This document shows, in pieces, positions 38,883-46,918 of a DNA stretch of 59,413 nt (within the stretch, counting starts at the first letter, position 1; every line of letters begins with the position of its first letter). Made by a program: the position numbers and the translations under genes. Under the pieces are notes generated by a model, which was not told the DNA's origin, did not search any database, and saw only the letters and a list, made by a program, of their open reading frames with translations. The DNA is from a virus. Its lineage: Duplodnaviria > Caudoviricetes. The DNA lies in IMG/VR virus record IMGVR_UViG_3300009034_000039, positions 1-59,413 of that record. One strand, 5' to 3'.

Positions 38883-39315
38883 TAGATTAATACGAGCTGC
38901 TATAATTAACGAGCAGATCAAGATAGAGCCTTTTAATGAAGAAAATCTTAGACCCGTAAGTTATGATCTAACTGTAGGAAACATATTCGAATTTATGGGT
39001 GAAGTTCCAATGATGAAAGATCCAGAGACTTGGTTAGAACCACATACTCTTTATGGTATTGAAACTATGGAGACAATAGGAGTTAAAGATTTAACAGGGT
39101 TTATTAGTATAAGATCCTGGGCTGCTAGGCAAGGTATATTCGCTTCTTACTCTCATTTAGTGGATCCAGGTTATTTAGGTAAATTAACTTTTACTATACT
39201 TCCTAAACTTACTAGAGTTTTGTGTAAGAAGAATGTAACTAGTATGTTTCAGATTCTATTCTTGGAGAATTCTTTAATAGATAAGCTTTGGGAAGGAGAC
39301 AGCAAGCACTTCTAG
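38857..39315 (+). CDS. Trimeric dUTPase / dCTP deaminase-family protein
   Basis: LSD, SYDLTVG, RSxxARxG, VDPGYxG. Confidence 0.85.
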   Translation: MVVILILSDRLIRAAIINEQIKIEPFNEENLRPVSYDLTVGNIFEFMGEVPMMKDPETWLEPHTLYGIETMETIGVKDLTGFISIRSWAARQGIFASYSHLVDPGYLGKLTFTILPKLTRVLCKKNVTSMFQILFLENSLIDKLWEGDSKHF

Positions 39316-39524
39316 GAGGTGATTGCTTGAGTAAATGGTGTCCAAAATGTGAATGGGCTGGTAATGAATCAATTGCTAACTATTGTAAGTTATGTGGAAC
39401 ACAATTAATAGTGCAGAGATTTGAATACTGTTCTGATCCATGTTGTAATAAAACGTATTTAAGCCCTTCTAATGCTTCTTATTGTGAACAATGTGGAGCA
39501 GAGTTAGAGGTTAGTAAGAAATGA
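39288..39524 (+). CDS. Double Zn-ribbon protein
   Basis: Four CxxC-type motifs. Confidence 0.6.
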   Translation: MGRRQQALLGGDCLSKWCPKCEWAGNESIANYCKLCGTQLIVQRFEYCSDPCCNKTYLSPSNASYCEQCGAELEVSKK

Positions 39525-41008
39525 CTGAAGTTAAAGCTATTAGAGATCTTATATCTAGAGCGAATAGTCTAGAAGAGATCATTAATATCTGTAAGATCTG
39601 GAGAGATATACTCTGCAAGAAGGTTAGGATTAAGTTCAGACCTTACCAGACAGAGTTTAGTGACAGGATTATAGAGTTCGTTATTAGTGAAGGCATTATT
39701 GGTAACGAGATTACAGTAATGTTTGCTAGGCAAAGTGGCAAGACTGAAACTGTAGCCCTGACTACTCTTGCTTTAGGTCTATTCTATATTCTCTTTATGT
39801 GGCAAGACTTTGACACTGGTCTATTTGCTCCGGTACAGAGCATGATTACTCATGTTACTAGGAATAGGGTTAGGAAGAGATATAAGACTGCTAGGAACTG
39901 GTTAGCTAAAGAAGGTATTACTCAGATTGCTGGAGAAGGTATTACTTCAAGTCTATTTATTTTAGCCTGTAAGACTAGTAATAAAGAATTCTCTATCAGG
40001 AGTCTTAGTGCTGGGGATAGAGCTGAGATTATAGGAGAAACATTCAGATATATGGTTATAGAACAGAGTGAACTTATTAATCCTATGAAGCTTAAGAACG
40101 ATATATTTCCTATGGGTGCTGAAGCTGGGGGAGTTAAAGTACTAACCGGTACTGCTAGTCCTTATTTAAAAAATGATTACTTTAGGAAAGCTATAGATAG
40201 ATGGAATGATAATCCTAGAAAGAATAAGAGTACATCTGATTGGGTTAAATGCGTTGACTGGAGAGAAGCAGCAAGCTGTTCGTCAAAATATAAAAGGTAT
40301 GTAGAGAAAGAACGAATGAGGATGGGGCCAGACAGTATTGAATTTAAGACACAGTTTGCTTTAGAATGGGTTGGTTTAAAAGTTAAATTTATCACATGGG
40401 ACGACTTAACTTTATTAGAACAGGACTACATTTCTAAACCAGAGAACTTAAGATTTGTTGGTATGGATGTAGCTCAGGCTGGAGATTCTACTGTAGTTAC
40501 TGTTATAGAGATTAATGGGATTGACATCCATATAATAGCATGGCTAGAGTTAGAAGGAGTAAACTATGAGGATCAAGTTAAACTCATAGCTGAATGGCTA
40601 GGTCAGTTTAGACCTATTCGCTATATGCTAGTCGATATAGTTACTCTGGGTAAACCAGTCTTTGACTTCCTTAAGAGAGAACTTAGACATCTTTACCCAC
40701 CACTAGGTTTAAGAATAGATGGGTTCTATGGGTCGAGTAAGAGTAATGATGAGATGTTTAAAGCGATGGACAGGGAGTTTACTCACGGTAGATTACACTA
40801 CTCTAAGAAGACAAAGCAAAAGAAGGAATTGAATAAATTTATGGAACAACTTCTAGAGTTAGAGAGGACCTATTCAGCAATGTATTTAAAGCTTCATCAC
40901 CCACCTGTTAAAGGTAAACATGACGATTATCCTATGTCTTTAGCTATGGCGATTTATGCTTTTAAAGAGAAGAGTTTTCGGGGAGGAGTAGCTTTTGTGG
41001 AGCTTTAA
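39521..41008 (+). CDS. terL: Terminase large subunit
   Basis: PYQ, Walker A ARQSGKT, LTGT, nuclease GMDVA...DST and HDD. Confidence 0.92.
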   Translation: MTEVKAIRDLISRANSLEEIINICKIWRDILCKKVRIKFRPYQTEFSDRIIEFVISEGIIGNEITVMFARQSGKTETVALTTLALGLFYILFMWQDFDTGLFAPVQSMITHVTRNRVRKRYKTARNWLAKEGITQIAGEGITSSLFILACKTSNKEFSIRSLSAGDRAEIIGETFRYMVIEQSELINPMKLKNDIFPMGAEAGGVKVLTGTASPYLKNDYFRKAIDRWNDNPRKNKSTSDWVKCVDWREAASCSSKYKRYVEKERMRMGPDSIEFKTQFALEWVGLKVKFITWDDLTLLEQDYISKPENLRFVGMDVAQAGDSTVVTVIEINGIDIHIIAWLELEGVNYEDQVKLIAEWLGQFRPIRYMLVDIVTLGKPVFDFLKRELRHLYPPLGLRIDGFYGSSKSNDEMFKAMDREFTHGRLHYSKKTKQKKELNKFMEQLLELERTYSAMYLKLHHPPVKGKHDDYPMSLAMAIYAFKEKSFRGGVAFVEL

Positions 41009-41011
41009 GAC

Positions 41012-41311
41012 ATGGAGATTATATTAACACATTGTAAATGTAAAACAGATCCATTATCTCTTTTCTTAATGAGTCTTCAGCTACGCCCATCATACTATTG
41101 TCCTAAGTATAAAACATTAAGTCTTATGAATACACCTGAATATTGGTTAATATATACTTTGAATCATGAGATGATTCATGAAGTTTTAAATGAGATAGAA
41201 GGTGAACATACTGGTAAAGCTTTCGATAACATATTTATAAAAAAAGCTTTGAAGGATGTAGTATTAATAAATAAATATATGTGGGAAGACGGAACACCAA
41301 AGTTTAATTAA
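41012..41311 (+). CDS. Small HExxH (zincin-like) protein
   Basis: LNHEMIHEVL...AFDNI; paralog of 9933. Confidence 0.6.
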   Translation: MEIILTHCKCKTDPLSLFLMSLQLRPSYYCPKYKTLSLMNTPEYWLIYTLNHEMIHEVLNEIEGEHTGKAFDNIFIKKALKDVVLINKYMWEDGTPKFN

Positions 41312-41363
41312 AAAGTGATTGTACTAATGATCTAAGTGATATTAGTCATATTAGTAATTTAAT

Positions 41364-41498
41364 TAATTTGACTTCTTCATTGCTTCTGATTGTTGATAGT
41401 ACTTACATCTCCAATTGTCTCCTGTTCCTCGTCTAGAATCAATTACTCCAGCTTCTTCTAACTCGATAAGTATTTGGCTTACACGAGATATATCTATT
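41364..41498 (-). pseudogene. Truncated winged-HTH gene fragment
   Basis: Minus strand reads IDISRVSQILIELEEAGVIDSRRGTGDNWRCKYYQ with no canonical start upstream. Confidence 0.5.
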
Positions 41499-41888
41499 TG
41501 ATTTATATAACTCTTTTAACATAGTAGTTATTGCAAGAATTTATTCTGAGTAGCCACATAGAGGGGCAGAATATGCGACCAGAACCTTTACCTGTTCTTA
41601 AAGGTAAAAGTGCAAAAGAATTCATGAAACAAGTAGCGAAGCCCTCAAGTCAAAGAGATTTAGAGACTTTCAAGAAAGCTGAAAAAGTTTTCAAGGGAAT
41701 AAAACCAGCAAAATAGAAACGTTTTAAGTTAGATTAGATCGTTCTGAACAATCAGATGCGGCAACTCGCTATTGTTTTCCCTTGGGTAAGGAAGAACTGT
41801 GACTTAGTTGACTAAACCCATGTCGCCATGTTAACTCTCGCTCTAATTTAATCCTTTGATTTATATACTTCTTTTAGCATAGTATTTA
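41497..41888. repeat. 34-nt imperfect direct repeats (41497-41530 and 41855-41888) flanking a small gene
   Basis: TTTGATTTATATAACTCTTTTAACATAGTAGTTA vs TTTGATTTATATACTTCTTTTAGCATAGTATTTA, 30/34 identical. Confidence 0.9.
41573..41716 (+). CDS. 47-aa protein within the repeat-flanked segment
   Basis: ATG after GAGGGG; MRPEPLPVLKGKSAKEF. Confidence 0.6.
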   Translation: MRPEPLPVLKGKSAKEFMKQVAKPSSQRDLETFKKAEKVFKGIKPAK

Positions 41889-41914
41889 GTGTACATAGTT
41901 TTGGGGACGAGTAT

Positions 41915-44437
41915 TTGTCGAGCAGAGGGAGAAGGGGAAGTAGGGCAGCTAAGCTTGCAATGAGGTTAAATCCAACTCAGAAGAAGCTTAGTAGAAGGCA
42001 ACGCCTTGTTAAGACTCTAGGATCTTTAGTAGGTATTAAAGTTGAGAAGACACGGGCAGTAATGCCTACTTATGTATTTGAAACGGAACCTGTAGTTAGA
42101 AGGCCAGCATTTGATTATATAAGTCTATTTGAAGTAGCTACCACTTCATGGCCACTGCGTAGAGCTTTTAGAGCTATTGTTCAGGAGTGTATGAGGAACC
42201 GTTGGGATATTAAGCCTAGGTTTAAGTGGAAGTGCAAGAATGAAGAATGTAGTAAAGAGTTCGATACTACTCCTAAGGATGAAAAGTGTGATAGTTGTAA
42301 TGGAGACCTTAGAAAGCCTGATCCTAAACAGGAACAGATGTTTAGAGAACTTCTTAGAGCGCCTAATGATGAGTATAACTTTGATGACTTCGTGCGTTCA
42401 AGCATATTCTATGACTTGTCTTTAGATGATTGGTATTGGAGTTTTACATGGTTAAGAAAGCCTAGGACTAAAGCTGGATTAACAGTCTTAGATGAAGATA
42501 CTAAGAAACCTGTTTATGATTATACGCCTAAAATGATGTATGTTGAAGATAGTAGGTTCGTCTTTCCTATAGCAGATTCGTGGGGAAGATTAGGCAGTAC
42601 TCAGTACTTCTGTCCTGTATGTTATGATAAGCCAGAACACATGGGACAAGACGTATTCGAAGACTTTAAAGGTGAAACTCAAGAATTTATTAACGAGCAA
42701 GTGTGTAAGGAGTGTGGTGGACCTCTAACAGAAACTGCTTACGTTCAAGAGATTGGTGGAGCTATTAGAGCTAGGTGGGGTAAAAATGAGATTATTCATG
42801 GATCTAGTTCTAGAGTTATACCTCAGCTATTCGGCAACAGTAAGATTATTACAGTATGGACCATAGTTCAGACGATCTTAGCTATGGATGGTTACAACTG
42901 GGAAGTGTTTAGCGAGGGTAAAGTAGGATCTATTATAGGTTTTCCAGGCGAAGACGATATAGAAGTAGCTGCTAGAAAAGCTTCTATTGAGGAAGAAATT
43001 AAGAAGCTGGACACTGAAGATATACAGACAGGGAGGATGATGACTAGTAAGAAGATTAGGACTCTAATGATAGGGATAAAAAAGGGTGAAGAACTTAAAA
43101 GATTATCAATTATGGAAGACCATAAAGCTATGCAGAGTGTAGAGTTTTATAGGATGTATATAGAAGCTATCTGTGGGGTGTATGGTGTTACGCCTTCTTT
43201 TGTAAGCATACCTTCTACAGCCGGTAGAAGTCCTAGGATGGAGATAGAGGTTCAGAATAGAACGACTCAAGACCACCAGAGTAACTTTGCTGATTTATTC
43301 AATGATGAACTGTTAGCTAAGTTTAAGATTACTGATTGGATCCTAGTCTTTAATGCGGTTGAAGAGAGAGATGAGTTTAGAGAGATGCAGACTATACACA
43401 CTAAACTTGCTGCAGCTTTAACGGGTCTACGTTGTAACTTTAAGGTAGAAATAGACGAAACTGGAGAACTTCACGTAATAGGTAAAGGTTCTCTACCGGA
43501 AGTTGGTGGACTAGGTTCTAGAGCTAGCGAGACACCTAGGCCTATGGAAGGTAAACCAGGAGCTACTGTTGAAGGAGCACCCAGGACAAGCCAAGGTGAA
43601 CATTTTATGTTAACGGAAAAAGGAACAGCTGGATTACCTATCTCATGGGAGAGTCTAACGCAGATAAGACTAGGCTCATCGGTATTTATGCTTGAACAAG
43701 ATCAAGATGAAGTCTTTATATCTTGGAATGCAACTGAAATTCAAGACACTAGAACTCCTATACTTAATGTGGGTAAAGCACTGTCAAACTATTTAAGTAT
43801 AGTACTTAATTGGATTGGTACAAGAATACTTAGTGGAGTTGAAGGTTTTAACAAAGAAGATTATAATGTAATGTGCGATGGTATAACTCAAGGCTTTAGA
43901 AGAGACTTTGATACTACAGTACCTATGTTAGTTATGTTAGCTAATTACTTTGAAAACCTTGGACAAGCTAACTTAGCAGAGAAGATTGATAATCTAAGGC
44001 GCAGATGGATGAATCTAGAACTTAGTAGAATAGTACCACCTTCTCAAGGGACTACTGAGGGTAGTGGTGAAATGCCAGAGACTGCACTGTTAAGTTCTAA
44101 AAGTAAAGCAGCTAAGCCAATGGCTAAAGCTCCTTATGGAATAACCTATGAAGAAGAAAGACTCGCAGACAATCTGAATAAGATAGTTAAATGGGCAGTA
44201 AAGCAAGTTAAAGGTGGGAGGACTAAAAAGTCTATAAAAGCTAAAGCTAAATTAAAGGCTAAACGACTTATAGAGAAAAGTTATGAAGCAGTGCATCGTA
44301 GAGGAATAAAGCACGCTCAGATTAGAACTAAACAGAAGAATATCACCTTAAGTAAAGAGCAGATAAGAAGGTTAGAAGACTTTAAAGCTATAGCTTTAAG
44401 AGATTTTGTGGAGATTTTAGGAGACAGATTGGGGTAG
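41915..44437 (+). CDS. Portal protein with Zn-binding insertions and C-terminal extension
   Basis: Follows terL; LLRAPN, EIIH, LFGNS and ICGVYGVTP portal-like motifs. Confidence 0.85.
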   Translation: MSSRGRRGSRAAKLAMRLNPTQKKLSRRQRLVKTLGSLVGIKVEKTRAVMPTYVFETEPVVRRPAFDYISLFEVATTSWPLRRAFRAIVQECMRNRWDIKPRFKWKCKNEECSKEFDTTPKDEKCDSCNGDLRKPDPKQEQMFRELLRAPNDEYNFDDFVRSSIFYDLSLDDWYWSFTWLRKPRTKAGLTVLDEDTKKPVYDYTPKMMYVEDSRFVFPIADSWGRLGSTQYFCPVCYDKPEHMGQDVFEDFKGETQEFINEQVCKECGGPLTETAYVQEIGGAIRARWGKNEIIHGSSSRVIPQLFGNSKIITVWTIVQTILAMDGYNWEVFSEGKVGSIIGFPGEDDIEVAARKASIEEEIKKLDTEDIQTGRMMTSKKIRTLMIGIKKGEELKRLSIMEDHKAMQSVEFYRMYIEAICGVYGVTPSFVSIPSTAGRSPRMEIEVQNRTTQDHQSNFADLFNDELLAKFKITDWILVFNAVEERDEFREMQTIHTKLAAALTGLRCNFKVEIDETGELHVIGKGSLPEVGGLGSRASETPRPMEGKPGATVEGAPRTSQGEHFMLTEKGTAGLPISWESLTQIRLGSSVFMLEQDQDEVFISWNATEIQDTRTPILNVGKALSNYLSIVLNWIGTRILSGVEGFNKEDYNVMCDGITQGFRRDFDTTVPMLVMLANYFENLGQANLAEKIDNLRRRWMNLELSRIVPPSQGTTEGSGEMPETALLSSKSKAAKPMAKAPYGITYEEERLADNLNKIVKWAVKQVKGGRTKKSIKAKAKLKAKRLIEKSYEAVHRRGIKHAQIRTKQKNITLSKEQIRRLEDFKAIALRDFVEILGDRLG

Positions 44438-44456
44438 TTTAGAATAGGTGGTAAAA

Positions 44457-44576
44457 ATGGGAGACACTCCAACTGTTGGAAGAGTTAGAGTTAAAGCTCT
44501 AGCCGGTCGTGATCCGACTACTGGTAAAAATTACGTTATTCAGATAGACTCTAATGGAAAACTTATAACTAATTGA
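44457..44576 (+). CDS. 39-aa paralog of the N-terminus of the next gene (not in ORF track)
   Basis: MGDTPTVGRV...AGRDPTTGKNYVIQIDSNGKLIT vs MPDTVEVGRI...AGYDPVTSTYYVIQVDTNGKVQIT; AGGTGG SD. Confidence 0.7.
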   Translation: MGDTPTVGRVRVKALAGRDPTTGKNYVIQIDSNGKLITN

Positions 44577-44577
44577 G

Positions 44578-45549
44578 ATGGATGGAATGCCAGACACTGT
44601 AGAAGTAGGAAGAATTCCACATATAGCTTGGGCAGGTTACGATCCAGTAACGAGTACTTATTATGTAATTCAGGTTGACACTAATGGTAAAGTACAGATT
44701 ACTAGTGCTACATTAACTACAATTCTAGAAGAGATACAGAATAGTACTTACGGCTTAGAAGCATTAAAAGACTTATTAGTTACTGCACAAGCAGATTTAG
44801 ATAATCCAAGTCAGTATAAAGCAGATGTTAGTGCATTAGCCTTAGAAGCTACAGTAGCAGCATTAAATGATCTAGCACAATCTGATATATTATCTGATGC
44901 TACACCCTTTGATGGCGCAAGTATAGCACTAATTAAAACTGAGACTGATAAAATAGCAGCTTTAGTTACAGAGTCGGGAAGTCATCCAACCTTAGCTGAG
45001 ATAGAAGCCTCAACTGTACTAGCACTCGAAGCAACTTTAGGTACTCTCAATACAGATATGAAAGCAGACTTTGATAGACACTTAACTAGATGGGATATAT
45101 GGAGCGAGAATGTTAGTGTAGTTCAGATACCAGCTACAGCGGATCAAGATATAAACTTGCCAGATGTAGTAGTGCCTGCCTTACCTACTGGAGCTACAAT
45201 CTTTAAAGTATATTTACTCTTTAAATGTTCTATTATAAGAGACACTAGCGGCTCAGATAACGGAATAGACGAAGCAGGAACAATAGAAATAAAGAAGTCT
45301 GGTGATTCATGGGATGCAGGAGATTCAGAACAGTTAACTGCTTACGTTATTTTAGATAATGCATGGACTGTAGATGTAACTAATGTAGGTAGAGACAGGG
45401 GAGGAGATGCTTTTATAGGAAAGACTGATATCAGTGACGCGGTTGATGGTGCAGATACTTATAATTTAAGGTTAGAGAGTGTATCTGCTGATGGAACTAA
45501 CTTAGAATTACATGATGTAGCAGTTGGATTACGAGTTATCTTCTATTAG
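44578..45549 (+). CDS. Probable virion fibre/decoration protein
   Basis: ALEAT coiled repeats and a beta-rich C-terminal domain. Confidence 0.6.
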   Translation: MDGMPDTVEVGRIPHIAWAGYDPVTSTYYVIQVDTNGKVQITSATLTTILEEIQNSTYGLEALKDLLVTAQADLDNPSQYKADVSALALEATVAALNDLAQSDILSDATPFDGASIALIKTETDKIAALVTESGSHPTLAEIEASTVLALEATLGTLNTDMKADFDRHLTRWDIWSENVSVVQIPATADQDINLPDVVVPALPTGATIFKVYLLFKCSIIRDTSGSDNGIDEAGTIEIKKSGDSWDAGDSEQLTAYVILDNAWTVDVTNVGRDRGGDAFIGKTDISDAVDGADTYNLRLESVSADGTNLELHDVAVGLRVIFY

Positions 45550-45558
45550 GTGATATGA

Positions 45559-46284
45559 TTGGTATATGAAGACTTTACTACTTATACAGAAGTTGACCCG
45601 AATAGCCATATTGGTTTGGTTGGAACCGACCATGTTGATTTTAAGGCGTATAGTAATGAAGAGGCTCTTTTGTATCTTGATAAAGATGCAGGGTTTTTTA
45701 CTGATTTTGAACATCTAATAGATGTTAAAATGAATGATCATTCGGGTGATAACTGTCCTTCTATGGTGTGGTTGCTTTCAAATGATGTGGATAGTTATTA
45801 TGGTTTACATCTTGCAAGTAAACATCATATTGGTATTGAAGCTTATTGGTATGAAGCTTGGGGAGCATACCGTTTTAGAGTGTGGGAGAGTTATGGAGGA
45901 ACACCTTATGTTGACACTTCCATTGATATGACAAAAGGTACTATGTATTATTTTGATATAATAAAAGATGGAACAAGTTTAACAGTTGCTATTTATAATG
46001 ATTCAGCGAGAACTTCTTTAAAAGATACAATTTCTTTAACTATGCATGCTGATATAAATTTTCAATATATTTTTGTTTGTAATTCATGGGATGCTGCTGC
46101 GAATAAATGGATTGATGTTGATATTGAAAATCTTGATTTACAAGAAGCAGTAGCTCTAAAGCCAAGTTCTAGTTCTATAGTACCAATAATGGAAGGTATA
46201 GGTATGCTTCAGACTAAAAGGAAGTTTATACTTAAACCATTTACTTCAAGGATGCCTAAGTTTAGTCCTAGGATAGTGATTTAG
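45559..46284 (+). CDS. Stand-alone lectin/ConA-like domain protein
   Basis: EDFTTYTEVDPN...YYFDI...IYNDSART shared with 1939 and 5941. Confidence 0.7.
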   Translation: MVYEDFTTYTEVDPNSHIGLVGTDHVDFKAYSNEEALLYLDKDAGFFTDFEHLIDVKMNDHSGDNCPSMVWLLSNDVDSYYGLHLASKHHIGIEAYWYEAWGAYRFRVWESYGGTPYVDTSIDMTKGTMYYFDIIKDGTSLTVAIYNDSARTSLKDTISLTMHADINFQYIFVCNSWDAAANKWIDVDIENLDLQEAVALKPSSSSIVPIMEGIGMLQTKRKFILKPFTSRMPKFSPRIVI

Positions 46285-46556
46285 TGGTTGAGTTCTGGGA
46301 TAGCGAGAAGGGTATAGCTTTACGACTAGAGGATCTAGCTCATGAGCTTAATTGGACTGTATATAATAATGCCCTACACATGAGCTTTAAGGAAGCTGGA
46401 TTTAAAAGTCTTATCTGGATAGCTACTTACGTTAATAATGTTCCATGTAAGTACTGTGATAGTCAACATGGAAGAAAATATAGAGTTGGCCAGTTCTTAC
46501 CGAGGATGCCTCATCACATAAAATGTAAATGTATTTGGGACTTTACGGAGGATTAA
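46284..46556 (+). CDS. MuF/SPP1 gp7-like minor head protein, C-terminal domain only
   Basis: W...CKYC...G..Y...PHHIKCKC motif. Confidence 0.7.
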   Translation: MVEFWDSEKGIALRLEDLAHELNWTVYNNALHMSFKEAGFKSLIWIATYVNNVPCKYCDSQHGRKYRVGQFLPRMPHHIKCKCIWDFTED

Positions 46557-46558
46557 AT

Positions 46559-46918
46559 ATGAGAAAAAGAACTTTAAGAGAAAGAAGAAGACTTTCATAT
46601 CAAGGTTTAGCTTCTAGATCTGGAGATCCAGGATACACAATACAACATCACCCGCGAGTACATAATAAGCCTTTGAGATGTAAAAGTGGTAAACATCAGA
46701 TGCAGACTACATTAATTGAAAGAGTACCATTCTATGTTTGTAAAAAGTGTGGTGTTTTCATACTTAAGACTCTCTATGAGAAAACTATGGCTAAGTCTGA
46801 TAGAGAAAGAATTGAAGCCATGCTTAATAAGAATGTCACTCCTAAGCAGAGGTTAATCAATAAGATAGCCTATAAACAGTATATGGAAAAGAGATATGGC
46901 GCAAGGGTTCTACCTTGA
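46559..46918 (+). CDS. Basic Zn-finger protein
   Basis: CKSGKH...CKKCG; ATG after GGAGG. Confidence 0.55.
   Translation: MRKRTLRERRRLSYQGLASRSGDPGYTIQHHPRVHNKPLRCKSGKHQMQTTLIERVPFYVCKKCGVFILKTLYEKTMAKSDRERIEAMLNKNVTPKQRLINKIAYKQYMEKRYGARVLP

Noticed and set aside
18555-41008. Inteins or introns in PolB, RadA or TerL
   Set aside because: Lengths are normal and no intein termini or reading-frame breaks are visible
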